Of a stretch of DNA of 64,000 nt, positions 45,802-53,846 are shown piece by piece. The translations under genes were made by a program, and so were the position numbers. The stretch covers positions 3,554 through 67,553 of the forward strand of contig CACZHC010000001.1 of assembly GCA_902780865.1 (NCBI GenBank), in the 5' to 3' direction. This DNA comes from an uncultured bacterium. Lineage in GTDB: Bacteria > Verrucomicrobiota > Kiritimatiellia > RFP12 > UBA1067. Position 1 is the first letter of the stretch. Every line of letters begins with the position of its first letter. The notes below the pieces were generated by a model, which worked only from the letters and a program-made list of their open reading frames with translations, did not search any database and was not told where the DNA came from.

Positions 45802-45858
45802 CTCTGCGTGCTCTGCGTCTCTGCGTTGAAATATCCTACACGTCCTACATGGTTAAAA
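45802..45858 (+). promoter_or_regulatory. Variant regulatory region: three tandem CTCTGCGT repeats, then two direct repeats of CCTACA at 9-bp spacing abutting a TGGTTAAAAA -10-like element
   Basis: Read from sequence. The same CTACA half-site as the inverted-repeat boxes, in direct-repeat configuration. Confidence 0.4.
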
Positions 45859-45872
45859 ACGAAGGAGGCAAA

Positions 45873-47117
45873 ATGATAAGACCATTGGTTGCGGTTCTTG
45901 TGGCGGCGGTTTCGTTTGGAGTTGCGAACGGCTATACCGTCGACGCGGAAATTCCGGCGGGGAACATCGTCGTGAAGTCGATCGAAGGCGATGTCGTGAA
46001 GCTGAAACAGGACTTCCGCGACACGCCCGGACACTGGATCTACTGGGCGTTCCGCGTCAGAGGTGCCGCGGGACGGACGCTCACCTTTGACTTCGGCGAC
46101 TCGGCCGCGGTCGGCTCCCGCGGCGCGGCGGTTTCGGAAGACCACGGTGGACACTGGCGCTGGTCCGACTTCGAGAGGGACGATCCACGCGACCCGGTGA
46201 CGGGAGACCACGCATCGTACACGACCTTCACCTGGAAGTTTGGCCCGGACGACAACGAGGTGTGGTTCTCGCAGACCTTCCCGTACTCGCAGTCCGACTG
46301 GGAGGCCTTCCTCGCGGCGCACGCGGCGGACTACGGCAGGGTCTTTGTCACCAACACTCTGTGCCTCTCGAAGAAGGGGCGTCCCGTCGAGGCAGGACGC
46401 TTCGGACGCATCGACGGCAAGGCCAAATACCGCATGTTCGTCACTTCGCGCCACCACTGCGCGGAGACGACGGCGACGTTTGTGATGGAAGGGCTTCTGT
46501 CGGCCGTCTTCGGCGATGACGAACTCGGACGCTGGATGCGCGAGAACATCGAGATACGCGCCGTTCCGTTCGTCGACAAGGACGGCGTAGTTGATGGCGA
46601 CCAGGGCAAGAACCGCAGACCATACGACCACTGCCGCGACTACAACGACGACAAGCCGTCCATCCACCCCGAGATCAAGGCGATCCGCGAGATGCTGGAG
46701 AAGTGGGCGAAGGAGAGCGGAACGCCGTCCGTCGTGATGGACCTGCACTGCCCGTGGCTCCGCGGCAGCTGGCTCAAGAAGGACGACTCGAACGAGTACA
46801 TCTACGCCGTCGGAATCAAGGACGTCGAGCCCCAGCAGCGCCGCATCTGCGAGATACTCGAGCGCGTGCAGGAGTCTGGTTCCGGGTTCCTCGCCTCGGA
46901 CTACTACGCCGAGGGCCGCGGATGGAACACGGGCGCGAACTACAAGGCTGGCTCGACGCTCACGCAGTGGGCGATACGCACCTGGCCGGACGCGCCGCTC
47001 GTGGTCTGCTTCGAGATTCCCTTCGCGAACGCGCGCCGCATGACGCTCATGCCGCCGACGTTCCGCCTCTTCGGCCGCGACATTGCGCTCGCGCTCAAGG
47101 CCTATCTCGAGCCGTAG
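45873..47117 (+). CDS. M14-family zinc carboxypeptidase-like protein with an N-terminal beta-sandwich domain
   Basis: AAGGAGG RBS. Signal peptide MIRPLVAVLVAAVSFGVANG. Zn-ligand-like HHCAET (HxxE). IEIRAVPFVDKDGVVDG (NPDG-like). MDLHCPW (second His). Confidence 0.5.
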   Translation: MIRPLVAVLVAAVSFGVANGYTVDAEIPAGNIVVKSIEGDVVKLKQDFRDTPGHWIYWAFRVRGAAGRTLTFDFGDSAAVGSRGAAVSEDHGGHWRWSDFERDDPRDPVTGDHASYTTFTWKFGPDDNEVWFSQTFPYSQSDWEAFLAAHAADYGRVFVTNTLCLSKKGRPVEAGRFGRIDGKAKYRMFVTSRHHCAETTATFVMEGLLSAVFGDDELGRWMRENIEIRAVPFVDKDGVVDGDQGKNRRPYDHCRDYNDDKPSIHPEIKAIREMLEKWAKESGTPSVVMDLHCPWLRGSWLKKDDSNEYIYAVGIKDVEPQQRRICEILERVQESGSGFLASDYYAEGRGWNTGANYKAGSTLTQWAIRTWPDAPLVVCFEIPFANARRMTLMPPTFRLFGRDIALALKAYLEP

Positions 47118-47130
47118 CATTCGGGTCGAC

Positions 47131-47173
47131 TACACTTTCGTGTATTGCCGCCTTCGCGTGCTTTTGGTAGAAT
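47131..47173 (+). promoter_or_regulatory. Promoter box copy 7: TACAC-TTTC-GTGTA / TTGCCG-N17-TGGTAGAAT; ATG at 47182 lies 8 nt after the -10 (leaderless)
   Basis: Read from sequence. Nearly identical to copy 3. Confidence 0.6.
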
Positions 47174-47181
47174 CACCGCAA

Positions 47182-49989
47182 ATGCAACGGATATTCCCAA
47201 TGGCACTTGCCGCTCCGCTCGCGCTCGCCGCGGCGGCTGCGCTTCACGGAGCCGTTCCTGACGTCACCGGCTCGCTCGAGTACGTCAGCAGCCCAGCCAA
47301 GCATCGCTGGCCCGCGGGAGGCTCCTCGTGCGGCGCGCTCGACCTCCAGTTCCACCGCGGAACGCTCCTCGTCGGCAGCGGCGAGGTCGAGAGCAACCCC
47401 GGCCCCGTCTGGGTCTATGGAACCGACCCGCTCACGCTCGAGGAGAGCTTCGAATATTCCGCCGGCACCGAGGCGCTCGCAAGCTGTCGTGTCGCGTCGT
47501 GGGGCGAGCTTCTCGTGCCGTCGCAGGACCTGCATGACGGAGACCCAAACGGCGGCACTGTCTTTACGCGCGATATTACCGGCACCTGGAAGCGCTTCAA
47601 CAGCATCGGCGGGAGCGTGCCCACCGCCTCGTCTGGAGTCGTCTACAACAAGACGCACATCTGGGACATGGAGGAGTTCGACGGACGGGTATTCACATCC
47701 GGATACCAGTTGCACTGGTCGACGAACCGCTGCGTAAAATTTGTCGATACCGGCTCGATCACGAACGCCTACCGCGTCCTCTACTATATGACGAGTTCAA
47801 CGAGCGGTCAGGGGCGGTGGTCCCTGCGCCGGCAGATGCAGCTGTTGCGCTTCGCCAACGACCTCTACGCGGTCCCGAACACCCTGATCCAGCCGAACAA
47901 CCGCGTCGCGGACAACGACAAATGGTACAACAAGGCCGAGGTGTTCACTTATAATTCGTCGACGAAGAAGTTTGACGAGTCGCGGCAGGCGATGTCGACA
48001 CTTTTCCCGAACATCTCGTCGAACGACTTCCGCCTTGTCCTTTCGTCCGCGAGTACCACGACCTGGGACCCGCTGCCGACGGGCACATACGACACCGTAC
48101 TTGTGCGTCTCTGGCACACGACGCCGTTCAAGGGGCGCGTCCTCTACGTGGGCTGCTACGACACGAAGCCGGGCTCCCCCGCGTTCACGTCGTACCCCCT
48201 CCCGTTGATGGGATGCTCGGCGTACGTGCAGACGTATGGCGGCAAGAAGACGCTCAAGGCGGACCGCCTTTCGTTCGACAACGACAAGGAGGAGTACCCG
48301 TGGGATTTCACGGTTGTCGGCGACACGTGCTATGCGCTCACGTCGAAGCCCAACGCGTCTACGAAGGTCGTTCGCCATTCTGTCTGGAAGTCAACTAACG
48401 GCACGAGTTTCACGCGCGTCTTTTCGTTCGACTTCCACCAGAACATGATTTCGCTCGACTACCGCGATGGCTGGTTCTGGCTGGGCGTCGGCGTGAAGAA
48501 TGCGACGAGGGGCTACGCCTACGACAGCAAAAAGGCTGACGAGGCGGGCGCGGTCTACCGTGTGCGGCTTCCGCAGGAGCCGACTTCCGTCGAGGCGGTC
48601 AATCCGCCGACAGCTGTTGCGGAAGGGGGCTCGGCGTCAATCGCGTTCCGCCTCACGGCGCAGCCATCGTCCAATTTGACGCTGCGCGTCGCAGCTCGCG
48701 AGCGGCGCGGCGTTTCGCTCGACAAGTCGTCTCTCACGTTCACCACGTCGAACTGGTCGACGCCGCAGACCGTCTTTGTTTCGCTTGCGGACGACGACGT
48801 TGGCGACACGTCGAAGATTTTTGTGCAGTGCGGCGCCTTCGGCGACGACGTGGAGCGCGGCGAGTTCTTCAGCCCCCAGGTGACATCCGCCCTCGTGACG
48901 CTTGAACCTGTCGAGAACGACATTCCTGCGACAGTCGTTTCGGAGTCGTGCGATCCGGGCGTCGGCAAATGCACATATCGCGCGACGTTCGATTCGCTCG
49001 GGAGCGTGAACGGAACGGCCGCGTCGTCAGCCGCCGTGTCGGTGAAGATCTATTCCGACGCCGCGCTCACGGCGCTTGTCGGGGAGACTTCGGGAACAGT
49101 CTCCGCGACTGGAACGGAATGGTCCTTCGTCGTCAACGGACTCGAGAGAGGTGTCTGGTACTGGGTCGTCGCAGAGACATCGACCGCGCCTGGCGTCGCG
49201 CATGTGTTCACCGCGAAGTACCTCTCGCCCATCGCGGACCCGGAAAACCTCGTCGATCTTATGGATGACGAGTCCAACCGCGAGGCGACGTATTCCAACT
49301 CGACTTCCGGCGGTGCGACGGGATCTACTGCGTTCGACAACTCGTCGTCAAAGTTCGGCGGATACAAAAAGCCCGTCGAGTTCTTCTACCAGTTCAAGAC
49401 GCCGGTCGTAGTCAAGGCGTTTGGCGTCGAAGGGGCCGGTAATTCCAACCCCGACCAGGACCCGTCGACAATCAAGATCTTCGGGGGAATCTCGACGAAT
49501 GCGAGCGACCTCGTGCAGCTCTTTTCGCGTACGGGGGAGCCGGCCTGGACTGCCGGAGAATGGCGTCGCTGGCTCGTAGAGAACGAGACTGCCTACACTT
49601 TCTACAAGTTCCAGATGTCCGGCGCTCACCAACACTGCTACATCCGCGAAATCGAGCTCTACGGAGACGTCACTGCGATCGGAGATGTGCCTGCGCCCGT
49701 CTTCCGCTCAGCGGCGGACGGTGGAGCCATGACTTTCTCCGGGACGGGCGCTTCGCGCATTCTCACGCTTCACCTAGTGGGCGCGCTTCCGCAGACGTAT
49801 TACGCCGTTTTCACGAACGGCACCTTGAATGGCGCCTTCTTTGCGGCTTCCGACGGCGTGTGCGGCGAGGCGAGCGGCGCGCTCGAGATATCCGTCGCCG
49901 CCAAGGAGCCGTCCAAGTTCTTCACCGTTGGCGTTTCCGCGGAGCCGATCTCCGAAGGCGACTTGCTCGTGCCTGGAGGCTCGCGGTGA
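47182..49989 (+). CDS. Secreted surface protein with a Calx-beta-like domain, a discoidin/F5-8-C-like domain, and a C-terminal ~100-aa domain shared with the C10 peptidase
   Basis: Signal peptide MQRIFPMALAAPLALAAAAALHG. Calx-beta-like segment PTAVAEGGSASIAFRLTAQPSSNLTLRVAARE..TFTTSNWSTPQTVFVSLADDDVGDTSKIF. Discoidin-like segment ..KKPVEFFYQFKTPVVVKAFGVEG..YKFQMSGAHQHCYIREIELYG. C-terminal ..YYAVFTNGTLNGAFFAASDGV..SKFFTVGVS.. Confidence 0.55.
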   Translation: MQRIFPMALAAPLALAAAAALHGAVPDVTGSLEYVSSPAKHRWPAGGSSCGALDLQFHRGTLLVGSGEVESNPGPVWVYGTDPLTLEESFEYSAGTEALASCRVASWGELLVPSQDLHDGDPNGGTVFTRDITGTWKRFNSIGGSVPTASSGVVYNKTHIWDMEEFDGRVFTSGYQLHWSTNRCVKFVDTGSITNAYRVLYYMTSSTSGQGRWSLRRQMQLLRFANDLYAVPNTLIQPNNRVADNDKWYNKAEVFTYNSSTKKFDESRQAMSTLFPNISSNDFRLVLSSASTTTWDPLPTGTYDTVLVRLWHTTPFKGRVLYVGCYDTKPGSPAFTSYPLPLMGCSAYVQTYGGKKTLKADRLSFDNDKEEYPWDFTVVGDTCYALTSKPNASTKVVRHSVWKSTNGTSFTRVFSFDFHQNMISLDYRDGWFWLGVGVKNATRGYAYDSKKADEAGAVYRVRLPQEPTSVEAVNPPTAVAEGGSASIAFRLTAQPSSNLTLRVAARERRGVSLDKSSLTFTTSNWSTPQTVFVSLADDDVGDTSKIFVQCGAFGDDVERGEFFSPQVTSALVTLEPVENDIPATVVSESCDPGVGKCTYRATFDSLGSVNGTAASSAAVSVKIYSDAALTALVGETSGTVSATGTEWSFVVNGLERGVWYWVVAETSTAPGVAHVFTAKYLSPIADPENLVDLMDDESNREATYSNSTSGGATGSTAFDNSSSKFGGYKKPVEFFYQFKTPVVVKAFGVEGAGNSNPDQDPSTIKIFGGISTNASDLVQLFSRTGEPAWTAGEWRRWLVENETAYTFYKFQMSGAHQHCYIREIELYGDVTAIGDVPAPVFRSAADGGAMTFSGTGASRILTLHLVGALPQTYYAVFTNGTLNGAFFAASDGVCGEASGALEISVAAKEPSKFFTVGVSAEPISEGDLLVPGGSR

Positions 49990-51314
49990 TCCGGCGCGGA
50001 CATGCAGTGCTACCACTGGCAGCCCTTGCCGCGCTCGCGTTGCCTGCGGCCGCGTTCTGTGAAGCCGCCGGACGCTACGTTCCGACATATGACGCCGAAA
50101 AGGCGTGGTATCTCGGCGAGCTCGGTGTCACGAACCTTCTGAACGCCGGCATTACCGGCAGAGGCGTCCGCGTCGGTGTCATCGACCTCGGCGTGGGCGA
50201 CATCGTGACCGGGGCGCACACGAACCTGCACTGCGCGGCGAAGGGTGGAAAATCCATGCGGGCCATGCACGGCCCGGCGGTTGCGGGCATCATCGCCTCC
50301 GACCTCTATGGCGTCGCGCCGGAATGCGAGATCTACGCCTACGACAACGGGGACGGCACTGCTGACGACCTGATTGCCGGCTTCGCCTGGTGCGTCTCGA
50401 ACGGATGCCGCGTGATCAACTACTCCGGCGGCATGCACCGGTTTTCGCGAGGCGTCGGCAACCTTCCGGAGGAGGCCGCCGCCGCGAAGCTGGAGGAGCT
50501 CCGCGCCGCGGTCCGCGCGGCGATGTCGGCGGGAATCGTCGTTGTGGCATCGGGCGGCAACGCGCCGAACGAGACGCTTACCTGCCCGCAGGACGTAGAT
50601 GGCGTGATCAACATCGGCGGAGTCGCTCGCACGCGCAAGTCCGCCGGGCTCAACGACTCCTGGGCGAAGGACTTTTGCGCCTTCGGCAAGGACGTGCCGA
50701 TCTTCACTTCGCGCTCCGGCGCGACAGGCGCGCAGAGCGGCTCGTCGTTTGCCGCGCCGATGGCAACCGGAATCATCGCGCTCCTGCTCCAGCAGGAGCC
50801 CTCGCTCACGCGCGACGAGATATACGGCATCCTGCGCTCCACCGCCTTGCGGCCCGAAGGAGGCCGGACGAAAACCCACGGCTACGGACTCCTCCAGGCC
50901 GCGCGTGTCCCGGCGGACTACAAGCGCCAGGCCGCGTTCGACGCCGAGCAGGCCGCGTTCGTGCGTACGGATTCGGCCGAGCTGCTCAACGAAGGCATTT
51001 CGTGGAACGAGGAGCGCGGGTTCTACGAGACGAAAATGCGCCCCGGGGAATCGATGAAGCTTGAGTACAGGATCAATCCCGCGAATGCCACCGACCGGAA
51101 CCTCTACTGGTACTGCGGCAACATGCCGACATTTCGTCCGATTGAGCTCGACCAGGTCCTGACGATCCCCGCCATGACAAAGCCCGGCGAGTTCCTTGTC
51201 TACTTCGCGCGCAACGACGCTCGGCAGATCGTCTGCCGGCTGCGCGTCGACGTCGTCGCGCCAGATCCCGCCGCTCCGCTCGCCGAACCCGCCCGCGAAC
51301 TCTGCCGGCAATAG
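49986..51314 (+). CDS. Secreted S8-family subtilisin-like serine peptidase; GTG start overlaps the upstream stop (GTGA)
   Basis: Signal peptide VIRRGHAVLPLAALAALALPAAAF. Catalytic triad motifs VGVIDLGV (Asp), HGPAVAGIIAS (His), GSSFAAPMATG (Ser). Confidence 0.8.
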   Translation: MIRRGHAVLPLAALAALALPAAAFCEAAGRYVPTYDAEKAWYLGELGVTNLLNAGITGRGVRVGVIDLGVGDIVTGAHTNLHCAAKGGKSMRAMHGPAVAGIIASDLYGVAPECEIYAYDNGDGTADDLIAGFAWCVSNGCRVINYSGGMHRFSRGVGNLPEEAAAAKLEELRAAVRAAMSAGIVVVASGGNAPNETLTCPQDVDGVINIGGVARTRKSAGLNDSWAKDFCAFGKDVPIFTSRSGATGAQSGSSFAAPMATGIIALLLQQEPSLTRDEIYGILRSTALRPEGGRTKTHGYGLLQAARVPADYKRQAAFDAEQAAFVRTDSAELLNEGISWNEERGFYETKMRPGESMKLEYRINPANATDRNLYWYCGNMPTFRPIELDQVLTIPAMTKPGEFLVYFARNDARQIVCRLRVDVVAPDPAAPLAEPARELCRQ

Positions 51315-51326
51315 CCGGACGGCGGG

Positions 51327-51369
51327 CTACACTTTCGTGTATTGTAGGGGCGGGTGGTTTTTGATAGAA
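51327..51369 (+). promoter_or_regulatory. Promoter box copy 8: TACAC-TTTC-GTGTA / TTGTAG-N16-TTGATAGAAT; a 4-codon leaderless mini-ORF (MVEK) then SD AGGGGAGGG before the ATG at 51411
   Basis: Read from sequence. Confidence 0.55.
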
Positions 51370-51410
51370 TCACGGCACCATGGTAGAAAAATAAGCGAAA
51401 GGGGAGGGTT

Positions 51411-53765
51411 ATGTCTACCGATGTTGTCCGTTCTGGCAAGTATCTGAACTGTAGTTTTGCTGCGGCGCTTTGCGCGGCATTTTTGCTGGCTTCGTCCGCT
51501 GCACGAGCGGCGGATCCGGACATCACCGGCCTTGTGCCGACGATCTGGTGGGACTTCGAAACCCAGCCCAGCGCCTCGGAACTCAAAGGCGCGAACAGGG
51601 GCTCGGCGTCCATCTCGTTCACGGGCGAGGGGACCAAAACGTATTCGGCAGGTGCGATCAGCGGCACATACGCCCTCGATGCGTCGCATTACACGCCGTA
51701 TTCGAAGGCGAGCACTTGTTCGACGGCGGGGAATCCCTTTACCGTTTCCGCGGTGATGACTCTTGGCACGAATCCAAACGGCATCACGCTGAACGTCCGC
51801 ACGACCGCCGGCGACCTGATCATCCGCCGCGGCGCGGACGCGGGTTCGCTCGTCATCGGCTGGGGCAAGCAGGAGGCGGATTCGTCCCACTTTCTCAACG
51901 CAACTCTTTCCGGGGGAGATTCCGCCTATCACCTCGTCTCCGTCATCGGCTCGTCGGCGGGCACTGAACTCTACGTTGACGGCACGCTTGCCGCTTCCTC
52001 GACGGAATTTACCCCGTGGAGCTCATCGGGCAAGGTGGAGCAGATGCAGTTTGGTTCGCACCTGGGCGCCATCCATACGGGCGAGGCGAGGCTCGGCGGC
52101 TGCATCGACGACCTGCGCATCCACGATGCGGCGCTCACGCCAGCGCAGATGAGGGCGATCGCCGTTGAATACGGACTCTCCGCGTTTTCCGACGGATTAA
52201 TAGTGTCTGGCACGCCGGGCTACTGGGGAACCGTCATCCCCGCCTACGGCGTCACGTCTGGGCTTTCGCAGGGCGGTCAAGTAGCGTGCTCTGCGCTCGG
52301 CGTGGAGACGGAGACGACAAAGACCGTCCCGATTGGCTACTCGCTTTATTCGGTCGCGTCTGACGGTGTGCAGACCCTTGTCGATGAAAGCACCTTGACG
52401 TCCTTTACCTACACGCACGGATCGGACGCAGGGCATCTTGTCTGGCACTGGGTGCAGTCAAATCTTGTGAGCGTGACCGCCGGACAGTACGGAGCCGTCA
52501 CGCCAGGCGGCTGGGTCGGATCCGGAGAAACGCTTACGGTGACGGCCACTCCGTATGGTGGATATAAATTCCTGCGATGGACGGGAGACACGGCAGGTAT
52601 CGACGCCACGTCTGCCACGGTTGTCCTGCCTCCTGTTACCAAGCCAGTTTCGCTCGTCGCCGAATTCCTGGACGAAAATACCGACGAAACGGTGCAGTAT
52701 GTCTCGCCTGACGGAGACGATGCAGACACCGGCTATTCCAAAGACCATGCGAGGAAGACGATCGCCGCCGCGGTGGCCACGCTCGACATTCACGCGCAAA
52801 CGCGGTCATGCACGGTCCATGTCGCGCCGGGACTGTACAAGATTTCTTCTCCTATTGACGTTTCGAGTGCAATCAGCGTCATTGGCGATGATCCTGATCC
52901 ATCGCGCGTCGTCGTGTCCAACCTGCATCAGGCCGGCTGGGCGCAAAACTTCCGCGTCTTCACGATCAACCACCCGGACGCCCTCGTCGCGAACCTTACG
53001 ATGCAGAAGGGATCGGTTGGCGGCGACTGGACCCAGGGGGCAAACTTCTATATCGGCGAGGCGGGCGGCACCGTGTCCAACTGCGTGGTCGAGGCGGGCG
53101 AACAGCGGACGAATCATGCCGGCGGCGGCGGTGCCACCCTGGATGCAGGCCTCGTGACGCACACGGTGTTCCGCAAAAACAAGGCGCCCAACTCCTCGCC
53201 TTACAGCGACGGCAGTGGAAACAGGGCCGCTGTTCTGTGCCTCAGGAAAAGCAGCCGGGCGGAAAACTGCCTGCTCGTCGACAACCCGCAGTCCTCGGCT
53301 GTTGTTCTGGTCTGGATGGGCGACAACGCCATCATGCGAAACTGCACCATTGCCGACTCCAGCTTGTCCAAGACCTCCGACGTCTGCCGAGCCTTCTCGT
53401 CGATCCGGATTAACTCGTCGAACGCCTCGGTCGTCAACACCGTGATCGCCGGCGTGACGAACACAATCGACGGCGCGGCATGTCCGCCTACGGGTTCAGT
53501 CACGAAGTTCCTGAACGGCGCGTTCGACGGCGATGCGACGGGACTGCCCGTCGGAACGGTGACTGGCACGGCGGCTACATTCTTCAAAGACTATGGAAGC
53601 GGTGACTATCGCCCGAAGACAGGTGGAGTGCTTGTCAACAAGGGACAAAATTACGAGCCGACACCAGCGAAAGATCTTGGCGGAAACAAGCGCCTTATAG
53701 GCAGCAAGATTGACATCGGCTGCTACGAAGCCAACGCCGCCGAACTCTGCATTCGTCTGCGATAA
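51411..53765 (+). CDS. Secreted LamG + Big/Fn-like + right-handed beta-helix protein, N-terminal paralog of 26484; ends KIDIGCYEANAAELCIRLR
   Basis: ADPDITGLVPTIWWDFE..GITLNVRTTAGDLIIRRGADAGSLVIGWG is ~80% identical to the 26484 N-terminus. LamG motif CIDDLRIHDAALTPAQMRAI. Beta-helix TVHVAPGLYKISSPIDVSSAISVIGDDPDPSRVVVSN. Confidence 0.65.
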   Translation: MSTDVVRSGKYLNCSFAAALCAAFLLASSAARAADPDITGLVPTIWWDFETQPSASELKGANRGSASISFTGEGTKTYSAGAISGTYALDASHYTPYSKASTCSTAGNPFTVSAVMTLGTNPNGITLNVRTTAGDLIIRRGADAGSLVIGWGKQEADSSHFLNATLSGGDSAYHLVSVIGSSAGTELYVDGTLAASSTEFTPWSSSGKVEQMQFGSHLGAIHTGEARLGGCIDDLRIHDAALTPAQMRAIAVEYGLSAFSDGLIVSGTPGYWGTVIPAYGVTSGLSQGGQVACSALGVETETTKTVPIGYSLYSVASDGVQTLVDESTLTSFTYTHGSDAGHLVWHWVQSNLVSVTAGQYGAVTPGGWVGSGETLTVTATPYGGYKFLRWTGDTAGIDATSATVVLPPVTKPVSLVAEFLDENTDETVQYVSPDGDDADTGYSKDHARKTIAAAVATLDIHAQTRSCTVHVAPGLYKISSPIDVSSAISVIGDDPDPSRVVVSNLHQAGWAQNFRVFTINHPDALVANLTMQKGSVGGDWTQGANFYIGEAGGTVSNCVVEAGEQRTNHAGGGGATLDAGLVTHTVFRKNKAPNSSPYSDGSGNRAAVLCLRKSSRAENCLLVDNPQSSAVVLVWMGDNAIMRNCTIADSSLSKTSDVCRAFSSIRINSSNASVVNTVIAGVTNTIDGAACPPTGSVTKFLNGAFDGDATGLPVGTVTGTAATFFKDYGSGDYRPKTGGVLVNKGQNYEPTPAKDLGGNKRLIGSKIDIGCYEANAAELCIRLR

Positions 53766-53794
53766 CAACATACATAAAAAAATGAATTAAACAA

Positions 53795-53830
53795 TCTACA
53801 CGATCTACATGTTCTACACGGCTTAAAACA
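53795..53830 (+). promoter_or_regulatory. Variant regulatory region: three direct repeats TCTACA(cga)/TCTACA(tgt)/TCTACA(cgg) at exact 9-bp period, followed by GCTTAAAAC
   Basis: Read from sequence. Shares the half-site with the inverted-repeat boxes. Confidence 0.4.
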
Positions 53831-53846
53831 AACAAAGGAAAAAACA

